A stretch of DNA of 64,000 nucleotides from NCBI GenBank assembly GCA_000002445.1, contig CP000071.1, positions 864,001 through 928,000 of the forward strand. Reading direction: 5' to 3'. A model generated the notes under the pieces. It was not told the DNA's origin. It did no database searches and worked only from the letters and a program-made list of their open reading frames with translations. A program made the translations under genes and the position numbers. Below, one piece after another: positions 29,585 through 39,462 of this stretch (the first letter of the stretch is position 1; each line of letters begins with the position of its first letter). Source of the DNA: Trypanosoma brucei (taxonomy: Eukaryota).

Positions 29585-31249
29585 ATGGGCGGGAACCGAC
29601 GGCACATGGGCAGCATCCCTGGCAAAAGTGATGTCGGGGAACCGGGAGCTGATTTGCCTCCAGCACCACCTGTCGATCTGTGCGATGATCAGTTACGGAT
29701 GGCTAGCACCATCAAATCGTTTCATTACAAGTTACAGCAACGGATGACTACTGCAGGTGATAGGACTTGCACCCAAGAAACGGAGGAGGAGAGGTGGTTT
29801 CGCCTAATTGCCGAGGAGAGCGAGCAAATGAAGTCGTACACAGCTGCCATGCACGGCATTGCTACGCAATATTGGGACCCACAAGAGGATAAGTTGAGGG
29901 ATGGAGGGCAAACAAAGAGTTGTGTTACTTGTCCACCCATCACCACCAGAGTTATTCCTTCTAATGATGCTATTTGCGTCACAAAGCGTGTGCGGGATAC
30001 CGAAACTGTAGTAGTCGGAAGTGCGTGCGAGAGACAGAGAGCAGCTTGCTTGCGGCACAATGACCGGATCAAGTATTCATTGCAGTGTGTGACCGAGTAT
30101 TTTCTTGGAATCTGTCGCGTACCACCGTTGATAGCATCAGGAGACACCAACCGCAGCACCTGCAGTGAGGTAGCAGATGTGTTGTCTTGCTCAGCGGTGG
30201 CGGGGGCCGTATACTATGAGAAGCTTCCCCTCTTAGCCTCTTCGTCGGTGAAGAGGTGGCGAAGGACTTATTACGATACTCATGGTCGGCAGGCATATCC
30301 TTATGAGATCGACGCCGAAGCTTACCGAGTGTTGTTGGCGTCGGAAAGAACCGTGAGAGATGGTAATACTGCAGCGCCAGTGTGCCCGCTATCGTCGTCT
30401 GGGCTTGTTACTACCGGCACTGCCGGAGGTACAGCAGCTAACTACATGACGATGTCACGCACGGAGGCTTGCCGCCGGATCAATCTTGACTGCCCGCATC
30501 CACGGTTACTTGGCCAGCAGAGGGTCCCACCGTTGCTTGTTCTCGACATTGGTTCGTGTTACGGTCCGTTTGGTGGTAGGATCGTTACGAACGGCGTTCT
30601 GCAGGTGCCGTTGGCGGTGACGGCGCTAGATTTGAGTCCCTACGAGGGTAGTGGTGTCATTAAGGCTGACTGGCTCGCTATCCGTTTTCACGATAGTGAC
30701 GGAGCTACGGGGCGGTGTAGTTGTGATGATGAGGGCTGTATAAGTGGGACGACTTTCGATGACCATGGCCACGCTGATTGCGGTGTATCACTCGTTAGGT
30801 GGTGTGATGAAGAGAGTGGTAAATACGAAGGGACGGGAAGTGCCAGGAGGATTCTTTCTCTTGCGCGTGGTGCGTTCGATGTGGTTTTCTTTTGCCTGCT
30901 GCTTTCATTCTTGCCACATCCTAGGTTACGATACCGTGCCTGCCTGCATGCCTACCTGGCCCTGAAGGACGGGGGTCTGCTTGTGATTGTTAGCACGCGG
31001 ACTCAGGGCGCTCGACGCAGCCTCTGGGTTGACGAATGGATTAAGTGCATAGAAGGAATCGGGTTTAAGAGAGTGCACAAAAACGTAATGAAACAGATTG
31101 TCGGGTTGAGTTTCAGCAAACAGCCAGCCAGTGAGGTCAGCGGTGACGACTCTGTGTTGTGTGGTGCGGAGGCGTGGGTGGAACGCATGATGAACCGCGC
31201 AGATGCGCTAGGTGGTCTCCGCACCATCGGCGATGAAAGCCCATGGTGA
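29585..31249 (+). CDS. Class I SAM-dependent methyltransferase-fold protein (554 aa), possibly Bmt2/Rrp8-like rRNA adenine-N1 methyltransferase family. The N-terminal 300 aa are unique.
   Basis: The C-terminal third has Rossmann MTase motifs: LLVLDIGSCYGPFGG (motif I), VTALDLSPYEGS (motif II), and FDVVFFCLLLSFLPHPRLRYRACLHAYLALKDGGLLVIV. The last resembles, from memory, the Bmt2 SLVLNFVPTP..RGEML...L.PNGLLFLV block. ATG at 29585. Confidence 0.55.
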   Translation: MGGNRRHMGSIPGKSDVGEPGADLPPAPPVDLCDDQLRMASTIKSFHYKLQQRMTTAGDRTCTQETEEERWFRLIAEESEQMKSYTAAMHGIATQYWDPQEDKLRDGGQTKSCVTCPPITTRVIPSNDAICVTKRVRDTETVVVGSACERQRAACLRHNDRIKYSLQCVTEYFLGICRVPPLIASGDTNRSTCSEVADVLSCSAVAGAVYYEKLPLLASSSVKRWRRTYYDTHGRQAYPYEIDAEAYRVLLASERTVRDGNTAAPVCPLSSSGLVTTGTAGGTAANYMTMSRTEACRRINLDCPHPRLLGQQRVPPLLVLDIGSCYGPFGGRIVTNGVLQVPLAVTALDLSPYEGSGVIKADWLAIRFHDSDGATGRCSCDDEGCISGTTFDDHGHADCGVSLVRWCDEESGKYEGTGSARRILSLARGAFDVVFFCLLLSFLPHPRLRYRACLHAYLALKDGGLLVIVSTRTQGARRSLWVDEWIKCIEGIGFKRVHKNVMKQIVGLSFSKQPASEVSGDDSVLCGAEAWVERMMNRADALGGLRTIGDESPW

Positions 31250-31733
31250 ATGTGCTGGTCTCTGTTAGGTTTACCGATAACATGGGTGTGGTACTAGTCT
31301 CCACTTCTTGGAGCGAAATCTATCGCTTGCCCTGTTTCATATCTTGTGTTTCTTCTCGTTCGTCTGACGTGGCCAATGTGGTTGTGTGTGCTAGTTATTT
31401 TGCTGCTACACTGTGCGTACCATGTGGTTGCATGCATGTTCGTCGTGTGTGGTGTGGGGGCAGTTTGTGCGCGGCATTTCGAGAGGGATGTTCCCACTTC
31501 CCTCGTTGCTACTGTTTGTGTTTCCTCTCCGTTGTGGTTTGCGAGCAGCGCTTGACCGTAGGCAGATGTCGGCCCTTCAGGGTTGGCACCAAGTAACGTG
31601 CATCTGCGTTTTTACCCATTAATGAGGAAACACTGTTCTGAAGGTGCGGTACACTGTTCTTCACATTTTCTTACATTAGCCCTCGTAGAAAACGCGTAGT
31701 ACCCAAATTTTTTATTGTTTTACCCGGCGGAAG

Positions 31734-32648
31734 ATGGAGTTGCATATTTTCGACTTCGACGGGACCATATTCAACTCTCCAACGCCCTCCGCCCGTTTGA
31801 AAACCACGCAGGGATCGAGGGTATATGGGCAACTGATGCGGCCGCTCCAGGACAACGGTTTGGGTTGGTTTCAGAGTCTCAGTACGCTGTCACCACCTGC
31901 GGTGCCGGAGAAGCCAGAGGAAGAGAAGTGGTACATCGCCCCTGTCCTCGCGCGGATTCGTCAGCTGAATGAGCGCCGCAGGGATGACAAGCTTCGTGGT
32001 GATCCCGAATCGGTGCAGGTGTACGTCTTAACGGGTCGTGACGAAAAGTACCGCAGGCGGATTACGGCGCTGCTGGACAATGTGGGGCTGTTGGGGATTA
32101 TGAACGGCGTGTTTCTGAAACCAAGTGAGACTTATGGCACCGTGAAGTACAAATTGGAGACAATGTACACGCTTTTGGCGAAGCACCAACCAACACAGGC
32201 TTTCTACTACGAGGATCGTATGGAGCAGGGCCAAAAACTGCTTGGGGGTATCCGTCGGCTTTCCGATGTGGTTAATAAAAAATCATCGGGTACTGGTTTT
32301 GTTTCTACGCTGATGCTGCACCCCGATGGGAGTCTGTGCCGTCTTGAGCCGGACCCTCTCAATTCCGATGAGGCAAATATAGAAAACTGCAACGCTGCCA
32401 AGCGTTGGTGGAACGACGTTTGTCGTCGCATCGACCCCTATCCCTTGTCAAGTGTCAATCCCTTTTGGTTTACACTCGTCTTTCTCGATCCTGAGCTTCC
32501 TTCTTGCAGTGATCGCATGCTTACGGCGAAGGAAGAGGACTTACTTGTGAGTGAATTGCGGTACGAAGGGGAGGCATACAGGGCAGCAAATCCCACAAAG
32601 GCACGGTCCACCTCTGATGGCCCGAGGGGCTTGCGGAAGAGAAGCTAA
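31734..32648 (+). CDS. HAD-superfamily hydrolase-like protein (304 aa).
   Basis: The N-terminus MELHIFDFDGTIFNSPTP carries the HAD motif I (hhhDxDGTh), followed by a YVLTGRDEKY-type block. True ATG start. Confidence 0.6.
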   Translation: MELHIFDFDGTIFNSPTPSARLKTTQGSRVYGQLMRPLQDNGLGWFQSLSTLSPPAVPEKPEEEKWYIAPVLARIRQLNERRRDDKLRGDPESVQVYVLTGRDEKYRRRITALLDNVGLLGIMNGVFLKPSETYGTVKYKLETMYTLLAKHQPTQAFYYEDRMEQGQKLLGGIRRLSDVVNKKSSGTGFVSTLMLHPDGSLCRLEPDPLNSDEANIENCNAAKRWWNDVCRRIDPYPLSSVNPFWFTLVFLDPELPSCSDRMLTAKEEDLLVSELRYEGEAYRAANPTKARSTSDGPRGLRKRS

Positions 32649-34040
32649 CTTTCGTGCAAACAGAGCAATTTTAAAAATCGTTTTTCGTCCCCCTAGAGAG
32701 GGGAGGGAGGGTTTGCGTGTATGTGCATTTAGTTGAGGATGTTTGCTTCATTGAGATCAGGAGCGGTTCGGGGTGTAGTTGGTGTTTTGCTGTGTTGCTA
32801 TTATTCTCTCCCCATCCCTTTCTCCATACATTGCCTCCTTGTTCACATTTGTTTGTCCCTTCTGAAGTGGCGACACCGGTTGCGCGCCGTTTCCGCAGTG
32901 GTACGAGTGCAGTTGTAGAGTGAAGGAACGGTGCCGGGAACAAACGATGTTTCGGGTCTTGTGTTGGATCGGACGGAATTCCCTCTCTTTTCTCGGAAGC
33001 TCCACAGCTTCCTCGCTCCTTAGGGAACCTTCGGTGTGGCGGCAACCCATGCTCCCTTTTCGATGTTTTTTCTTTTTGCTTCGTTCCACTCTCGCATCTT
33101 ACCAACTGGTGGGAGGGGCAAGAAAGGTACTATCTTTTATTAATTGCGCACGGGTACCTGTGACCGTTTACCCCCTTTCTTTCACCCATTTGTTGTTTGT
33201 ATTTACTGTTTAACATTTATATATTTTTTCACTATTCCCACTCTACTGTATCGGTGCTGTCGTATTCTACGGCCCCAAAATGTAATGGCCTATCGGGAGA
33301 GTAAAGAAGGACGAAAAGGCAACATTTGGCAGTGGAAGACAATCAAAAAGTTAATAGTGCTTCTTCACTCCGGTCGGGGACCAAGGTGATAGCAACAGCA
33401 AATATAAGCCACCGAGAAGCAATCTTAAATGAAGCGGTCACCTGTGGAGTTCCCAACACAAAAAAATTTAACTCAGATGTCAAAAGAAATAGGTAAAAAA
33501 TAAAAGAAAACTTAAATTGGTCCTGGTCACATGTATATACGCATGTGTTTTTTTTTGTGGGGTGTGACTTATTTTTCATATCGCGGGAAAGTGTGGGGGT
33601 TATGTTCATATGAGACACTCGTAAGTACAGTAAGACGCCAGCAATAACAGCGTAAAACTAATAAGAGCGAGAGGGAAGAATGGGGAACAAAAGATATTTT
33701 CAAAAGGATTGCCAAGGAGTAAGAACTACTTCTCCTGCCTTCATATTCCTCCATTTTCCACAAGGGTATTAACTGTAGTCGAGCGTGTGAAAATGTTATG
33801 CTATTTTTAATGGGTAGAAAGGGACTCGCAAAACTAAGTGCGGGAGACCGGAGGTTATACGATAAATTCAATGTGCAAAACAAACGTATAAAAGGTAAAT
33901 AGGGGTGGGTGTGGTGTGGGTTTCGCCGCCGTGTCAAATAACTTGTGAATACTGAGCCTGTTTTTCGTTCATTTGCCCTTGCCGTTATTGATTCTTACTT
34001 TCCTGCCTACGCTTTGTGCCTTAATATGCAAAACTAGGTG

Positions 34041-35291
34041 ATGAGGAGTGCTCAGTTGCCATCAAAACTTTCTTCGGCTGCTGGATCATGCAAACACTGG
34101 GTTGTTTCAGTGCCTAATAGCAGCGAAAGCTATAGGTGTTTTTGTTCTCTCATCGACCGGGCCCTTCAACCGGGTACGTGTCACCCATATTCTGTTCGGT
34201 TTCGTCTTGAACACCTTCTACCCGCGGACTGGAGTCTTTTACTAGGGTGGTGTCGTCGGTTAACATCATGTGGTGGGAGCTTCACTTACACCTCTCCTGG
34301 TGACATCTCCGAGCAAACGGAAAGTGTAGGGGCTGTGGACGATTCAGAAGGGCACCCGGCAGTGGTGAACGCTGCCTTCATGCATGTTGTGGAGAGGTGC
34401 CATGGCGACTTCGTGCCCAACAACATGATTTATCATGAACTGCAGAGGCGGTACACTGTCTATGCCCCTGCGTCCCCACCGCCCCCAGAGGGACCCGAGG
34501 ATTTTACCTCCTTTCTGGGTGCTCTTCAGGATAGCGTATGTGATGGTTGTTTAGCGTCTCTGTCGGAGGGTGATGGAAACGTGGGCGAGGACCCACTGGC
34601 AAGCCAGGTGCCGTCTTTGGAGGCAACGAAGCACAACCAAAAGGTGCTTGGCGTTGGTGCTGCCGCTTCAATGGAGAGTGAGGCGCATCGCCAGCAGGGG
34701 GAACTACTTTTTAACTTCTTTCCGCACCGTGTTGTGGTATCGGATGGTATACCGTGCCATTCCACCCACTTTGTTGTAATGGTCAACCTTAAACCTGTTG
34801 TCCCGTGGCACCTAATGGTGGTGCCTATACGTTGTGTTGGCACTTTGTCTGCCCTTAGTGCTGCGGAAATGGAGGATTTAGGGCATATGATTCATCTCAC
34901 GATAAGTGTGCTGAGTCACGTGTTGGTGAAGCCCGCGGTGACGGGTACTGGGGACACCAGCTCTAATGGTGGTAGTCGCGTTGAAAGGGGGTGTAGTCCA
35001 CACAGTATCGGTTCTCCTGTACCCGCTTCTGTTGTCGGTGGAGGGGGGTTTAGCATTGCCATTCAACAAGGGGAGCTCGCCGGTCAGACAGTTCCGCACC
35101 TCCACGTGCATGTTATTCCGTTTGACCCGCGCGGTAAGCTTGCGGGTGAACCGGAGGACGAGGAGCAACAGAGGCGGCAACCCCCGCGCACAGGGGCACA
35201 AATGCGGAAGGAAACGGAGTTCCTTAGGCCTCACTTTGTTCGATTAGCCAATGAAAAGAACATGAGAGGAATCTGCGCAACTTGCGGTTGA
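34041..35291 (+). CDS. Fhit-like HIT-family nucleotide hydrolase domain protein (416 aa) with a ~230 aa unique N-terminal extension.
   Basis: The C-terminal region aligns to human FHIT as I recall it: VNLKPVVPWHLMVVPIR...EMEDLG against VNRKPVVPGHVLVCPLR...EVADLF, and QGELAGQTVPHLHVHVIPF against DGPEAGQTVKHVHVHVLPR. The histidine triad HxHxH is present. A ~45 aa G/S-rich insertion lies between the two halves. The codon at 34038 is GTG and the ATG is at 34041. Confidence 0.8.
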   Translation: MRSAQLPSKLSSAAGSCKHWVVSVPNSSESYRCFCSLIDRALQPGTCHPYSVRFRLEHLLPADWSLLLGWCRRLTSCGGSFTYTSPGDISEQTESVGAVDDSEGHPAVVNAAFMHVVERCHGDFVPNNMIYHELQRRYTVYAPASPPPPEGPEDFTSFLGALQDSVCDGCLASLSEGDGNVGEDPLASQVPSLEATKHNQKVLGVGAAASMESEAHRQQGELLFNFFPHRVVVSDGIPCHSTHFVVMVNLKPVVPWHLMVVPIRCVGTLSALSAAEMEDLGHMIHLTISVLSHVLVKPAVTGTGDTSSNGGSRVERGCSPHSIGSPVPASVVGGGGFSIAIQQGELAGQTVPHLHVHVIPFDPRGKLAGEPEDEEQQRRQPPRTGAQMRKETEFLRPHFVRLANEKNMRGICATCG

Positions 35292-35591
35292 AAAAGATGG
35301 TGACATCTTCATGAAGTGAACGTTGCACATGGTCAGTCGTGGGGTTGCCTCGTGGAGAAGTCAAAGTGAATGGGCCTGTCCTCTGTATGCAATCACAATT
35401 TCTTAATTTTTTTTTTTTCGCGTTGATGCTGGCAGTGGCATTCGATTCTTACTTTTCCCGATTTCCGCAATCGGACCACTTAATCACCTCGCAGTTTTAT
35501 TGGATATTTCCATACCTTTTTGGTCTGACGTAGCTTTTGTGTCCTACTGTTTGTGGGGAAGTGGCATGACGGAGTGAGACGGTGGCCGAAT

Positions 35592-36554
35592 ATGTACCCG
35601 CTGAGTGCCATCTCCGATGCCAAAAAGGTTTTGAGACTCACTCACATGCGCCGCCTCCGCGCGATGGCAAGGAGCGATCCCAGTGCCTTGAAACTTGAGT
35701 CGATACGCATTTGTGAGGTGCTGTACGAGCGTATCTGTGTTTTGAGACGTAAGCACTTGGGTGTCGAGGGTGCGATGCTCCCTCCTCTTCTTCTTTGTGC
35801 CTATCTGCCACTGTTCTATGAAGTGGATCTCCGTCCTCTGTTATCCCGGTTGTGGAGGGAGCGACCCAACGAGCACCTCAGGTGTGTTTCTGTCTTTGTT
35901 CCGACTGTGCTTGCGCAGTTTAAGAATGTGAACAGCTGCACGGGTACCTCAGTGCCTGTTCCCTTGCGGTCATTTCCGCCGCAGACCGTTGCTGAGCGAC
36001 TGATGAGTGCCATGCTGTTTGTTGAAGTGCTTGGTGAGGGAGACTTGCTACGGTCTTTCGACGTGCGTGGTTGCTACGGGTTGATGGAGCTGAAGGAAGG
36101 TATTCTTCATCGCGACATTTTCCGTAGTGGCGAAAGTGTAACTTGCGGTGTGTCACCATCCTCCCGCCGGGTTATCGCCTGTGACTGGTGGCACTCCCTC
36201 TTTCCACATTGTCCGAGGCCTGCAGGTCTGATTGAGTCGGGAGATCACCCGCGGGGCGGGGTTCAGCGAGGTCCTCTTCTTTCCCTTACACCCGGTGTTT
36301 TATTTGATCGGACGGGAGGCCGGTTGGGGAAGGGCGGCGGATACTACGATAGATTTTTGCAGTTTCAGCGGTGTGCTTCGGGTGATCCGGCGGAAGAGAC
36401 GACCTTAGCATGGGGTGTTGCTAGGGAAATGCAGCTGCTATCGGGAGAGGGGGACAAGCTACCAGTTTATAGAGATTCTTTGCCTTCCCATGGTATGAAG
36501 GACGCCCTAATGGATGCTGTGGTTACATCCACTGAGTTTGTTAAGTGCTCGTGA
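35592..36554 (+). CDS. 5-formyltetrahydrofolate cyclo-ligase (MTHFS family), ~320 aa.
   Basis: AKKVLRLTHMRRLRAM matches the human MTHFS N-terminus AKRSLRGELKQRLRAM, and TPGVLFDRTGGRLGKGGGYYDRFL matches [24 protein letters not shown]. The ORF-track start at 35553 is GTG; the first ATG is at 35592. Confidence 0.8.
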   Translation: MYPLSAISDAKKVLRLTHMRRLRAMARSDPSALKLESIRICEVLYERICVLRRKHLGVEGAMLPPLLLCAYLPLFYEVDLRPLLSRLWRERPNEHLRCVSVFVPTVLAQFKNVNSCTGTSVPVPLRSFPPQTVAERLMSAMLFVEVLGEGDLLRSFDVRGCYGLMELKEGILHRDIFRSGESVTCGVSPSSRRVIACDWWHSLFPHCPRPAGLIESGDHPRGGVQRGPLLSLTPGVLFDRTGGRLGKGGGYYDRFLQFQRCASGDPAEETTLAWGVAREMQLLSGEGDKLPVYRDSLPSHGMKDALMDAVVTSTEFVKCS

Positions 36555-36939
36555 GGCATTGGAAAATGTTACACAAGGTTCGCGTTGTCAGGGTTGAATT
36601 TCCTACCTTCTTTTGTGAGCCGGTAGGAAGTTGTGTTCAAGTGAGACACAGATTATCTTTGCCATGCATTCGCGGTACCTAACCCTCCTTTGTCCCACAC
36701 ATTTGTTTCGTCGTTGAACAGTTTTCAAAAAGAAAAAAATCCGTGGAGGCAGCAAGGGGAACTGCTGCTGGAGCAGTATACGTGGGGGCTCCTTGTGTTC
36801 CATCTTCAACTAAGAAAGTGGAGAGCTATTGCTTACTTTTCGGGCTTCTACTAATCTCTCTTTTCTGAATTGGAAGCCGTTAGAAACGGAGTTAGGGAAA
36901 AGTGTATAGGTAGGTGGGGCGACAACAATAACAGTAAGG

Positions 36940-38472
36940 ATGTGCGCAATGGAATATAGCGACTACACTGTTGGTTTGTCACATTTGTGGCATATGCACC
37001 ACCTGGCAGCCGTGCGCCTTCAATCCGGCAAGGGGATTACCGGGCTTCCCTACATTGACTTCCGTAACCCCGAGACGATGGATCATCCACAACTGGCCAC
37101 CGACGCTATCGTGAGACGGCTTCATCGTCGCATTGCAGCCGATGAGCAGCACATTGTAAAGGCTAACTATCACCTTCGTGATGTTATTTGTAATGCGGGT
37201 GACCCTACGTACAGAAGGCGGCGGAATATGAATAACCTACCCACTGAAGAGGAGGTTGCAACGTGTCTAAACTCTGCAAAGCACACTGCGGCGCTGGAGA
37301 GGGCCCGCTTGAACAGAGTAAAGAACATACAGAGAGAGAATTACATACTCTTAGAACATCTGAAGAACACTAAGTGTTCCGTCACTTCTGCCAAAGAGCT
37401 CAACCGGTGGTATAACAATGAATACAAGAAGCGTTCGCGGATGACGCGCCACTTTAAACCCAGGGAACCATTCTGTGGTGCTCGTGTCCTTACTGCAGAG
37501 TGCAAGTTTACACCTGGTACCAACCCGGATTATGTTACATCGCAAGCGCTTGTGGAAACCCCGTCCTTGTGGATGCATCGGAGAGAACCTACCGTCGTGG
37601 AGGTGCTGGCGAAGGGCCCTGTGCTTCCGTCGCTGCAGGAGGCAGCGAATCAGTACATCGAAGGATGTTGTTACACGGATGCAAAAACCGGTGTTCCACA
37701 CCTTCTGTCACGCTCCAAAGGAGGGAAGAGAGGGAAAGCTGAGTGGAAGGGCATATCGAAGCTTGACGTTAAGCTTATGAACTATGCAAACGATTTGAAG
37801 CTCGTACGTGGCGGAAACCTACCCATTGTTCGACGTGGCGAGGAGAACGGTATTACCAGTTTATGGCGGGGGGAGCTTGAGAAGCGGTCTCCGACCAGGT
37901 GTCAGGGCCCCCCTTGGAGGTGGTTGGGGGCTACCGAAAAGAGTAACGAAGAGAAGGCTGGAGGGCAGCACCAGAGTGTAAATACCATTGTGCCGGGAAG
38001 GTGGGATCCCCACAGAAGCATAATGGGGAGGGTGCGGAAGTTAGCCTTATTGAAAGATAAGCGACACCAGTATGCCAAAGATGCTAAGGATGGAAACGCT
38101 AGGCGGGAAAACAGGCGGCCACCGTATGGAGTACCGGTAATTCCCCCAGCAGCTGCTGGCGGTTTCCCATTTAACGGCTCGACTGATGCACAAATTCCTT
38201 ATGGTATGCAGCGGCTACAAAATCGTCTATCAACTGAAGTGCCCTATGCCCAGAACGGTCATTACGCGGAGGGAATGCCTGGCCCGGTCGCTTTCCCCTC
38301 TAATGCATACGGGGAGTCTACCAAGACTGTGGATTCGTCAGGTCCGCACGGGTTTCACGATTTTTCTCAACTAAAAAATTATAGATTAGGTTCGCAGGGT
38401 ACGCCCGCTTCATCGATTAGCCGAAACTTTGGAGACGCAGACGCGGAGGCTCCACAATATGTGTCGGGTTAG
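36940..38472 (+). CDS. Hypothetical protein (510 aa).
   Basis: True ATG start and a long clean frame. The middle is basic/charged and the C-terminus is proline/glycine-rich and low in complexity. No motif recognised. Confidence 0.55.
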   Translation: MCAMEYSDYTVGLSHLWHMHHLAAVRLQSGKGITGLPYIDFRNPETMDHPQLATDAIVRRLHRRIAADEQHIVKANYHLRDVICNAGDPTYRRRRNMNNLPTEEEVATCLNSAKHTAALERARLNRVKNIQRENYILLEHLKNTKCSVTSAKELNRWYNNEYKKRSRMTRHFKPREPFCGARVLTAECKFTPGTNPDYVTSQALVETPSLWMHRREPTVVEVLAKGPVLPSLQEAANQYIEGCCYTDAKTGVPHLLSRSKGGKRGKAEWKGISKLDVKLMNYANDLKLVRGGNLPIVRRGEENGITSLWRGELEKRSPTRCQGPPWRWLGATEKSNEEKAGGQHQSVNTIVPGRWDPHRSIMGRVRKLALLKDKRHQYAKDAKDGNARRENRRPPYGVPVIPPAAAGGFPFNGSTDAQIPYGMQRLQNRLSTEVPYAQNGHYAEGMPGPVAFPSNAYGESTKTVDSSGPHGFHDFSQLKNYRLGSQGTPASSISRNFGDADAEAPQYVSG

Positions 38473-39462
38473 GGGCTGTTGATTCTCCCTGGTGATTACT
38501 GTGGACTTGAGATAGGTGATTCTAGGTGTCAGAAATCTCTGTTTCTCCGATACCTCGTGTTCGAAGGGGTTGATTTGACTGCTGGGAAGGCGTAGAACGT
38601 CGATGTATATATGTTTGTCTGTTTTGGTGTGTGGTGGGAGCTAGGCGATTGGCAGAAAACGGGCTGGGGATGGAGGTGCTTCCTAAACTCTTGTCGGACA
38701 ATGTGTGAAAGAACTTTTTGCACCCCAGTGGCGTGTCCTGGCTTAGAAAGCCACTTGGAGTTTGAGTCAGGCGCATCGACCGCGAAATGACGTGAACAAA
38801 ACCATGCGGGAAAGAGACCCTTGTCTTCTTTTTGCTATATGTGCAACGGCAGGGGCCACAGAGGCCCCGTTTTTTCTGTAGAGTATCACAACCTGAAGCC
38901 TTCTGCGATTTGCATTACGCGGAAGCTGATGGGGAAGGTCATCATCAAGGCGGGGTGTGACCACATCGCTTAGGTTTTTGTACAGGATGAGTTTTAGAAA
39001 TGGGAGCCGCCGCCCGTCCGCAGGGGCGGTGTGCGTGTGTGTGTAAGCAGGAAGGGTGGTGTCGTTGCCTGGGCACCACAGTGGGGTCAAGCGAACGAGG
39101 CGCACTGAGTGCGATGCTCCCTCATCCTATTTGTTCCGTCTGCTTTTTTTTTTTCGGTGCTACCGAGTGAATTATCGGTGGATCTCTATGAGGTTTCCAG
39201 ATGTACTACAGACGCGTTTAATACCATCACCGCACGGCGTTCTACACGCTGTATGCAATATCATTTTTTTTTTTTTGATGCGCTGTTTACAGTTTATTTT
39301 TTATCTTTCTAAACGTGGGTCCTCATTCATCTTCTTGCTTGCGACTTATTCACAAAAATTATGTAGTGAGTATAGCCTTGAAGGGGAAGAAGGAAGCGGA
39401 GGGGGAAACACATCAAACGGGGGGAAGAACTGAACACCACACAAGGCGCCAAGTGTAACACT

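Noticed and set aside
32671-33105. 144-aa minus-strand ORF downstream of the HAD gene
   Set aside because: Wrong strand for this unit, overlaps the 3' flank of a plus-strand gene, and has no recognisable sequence.
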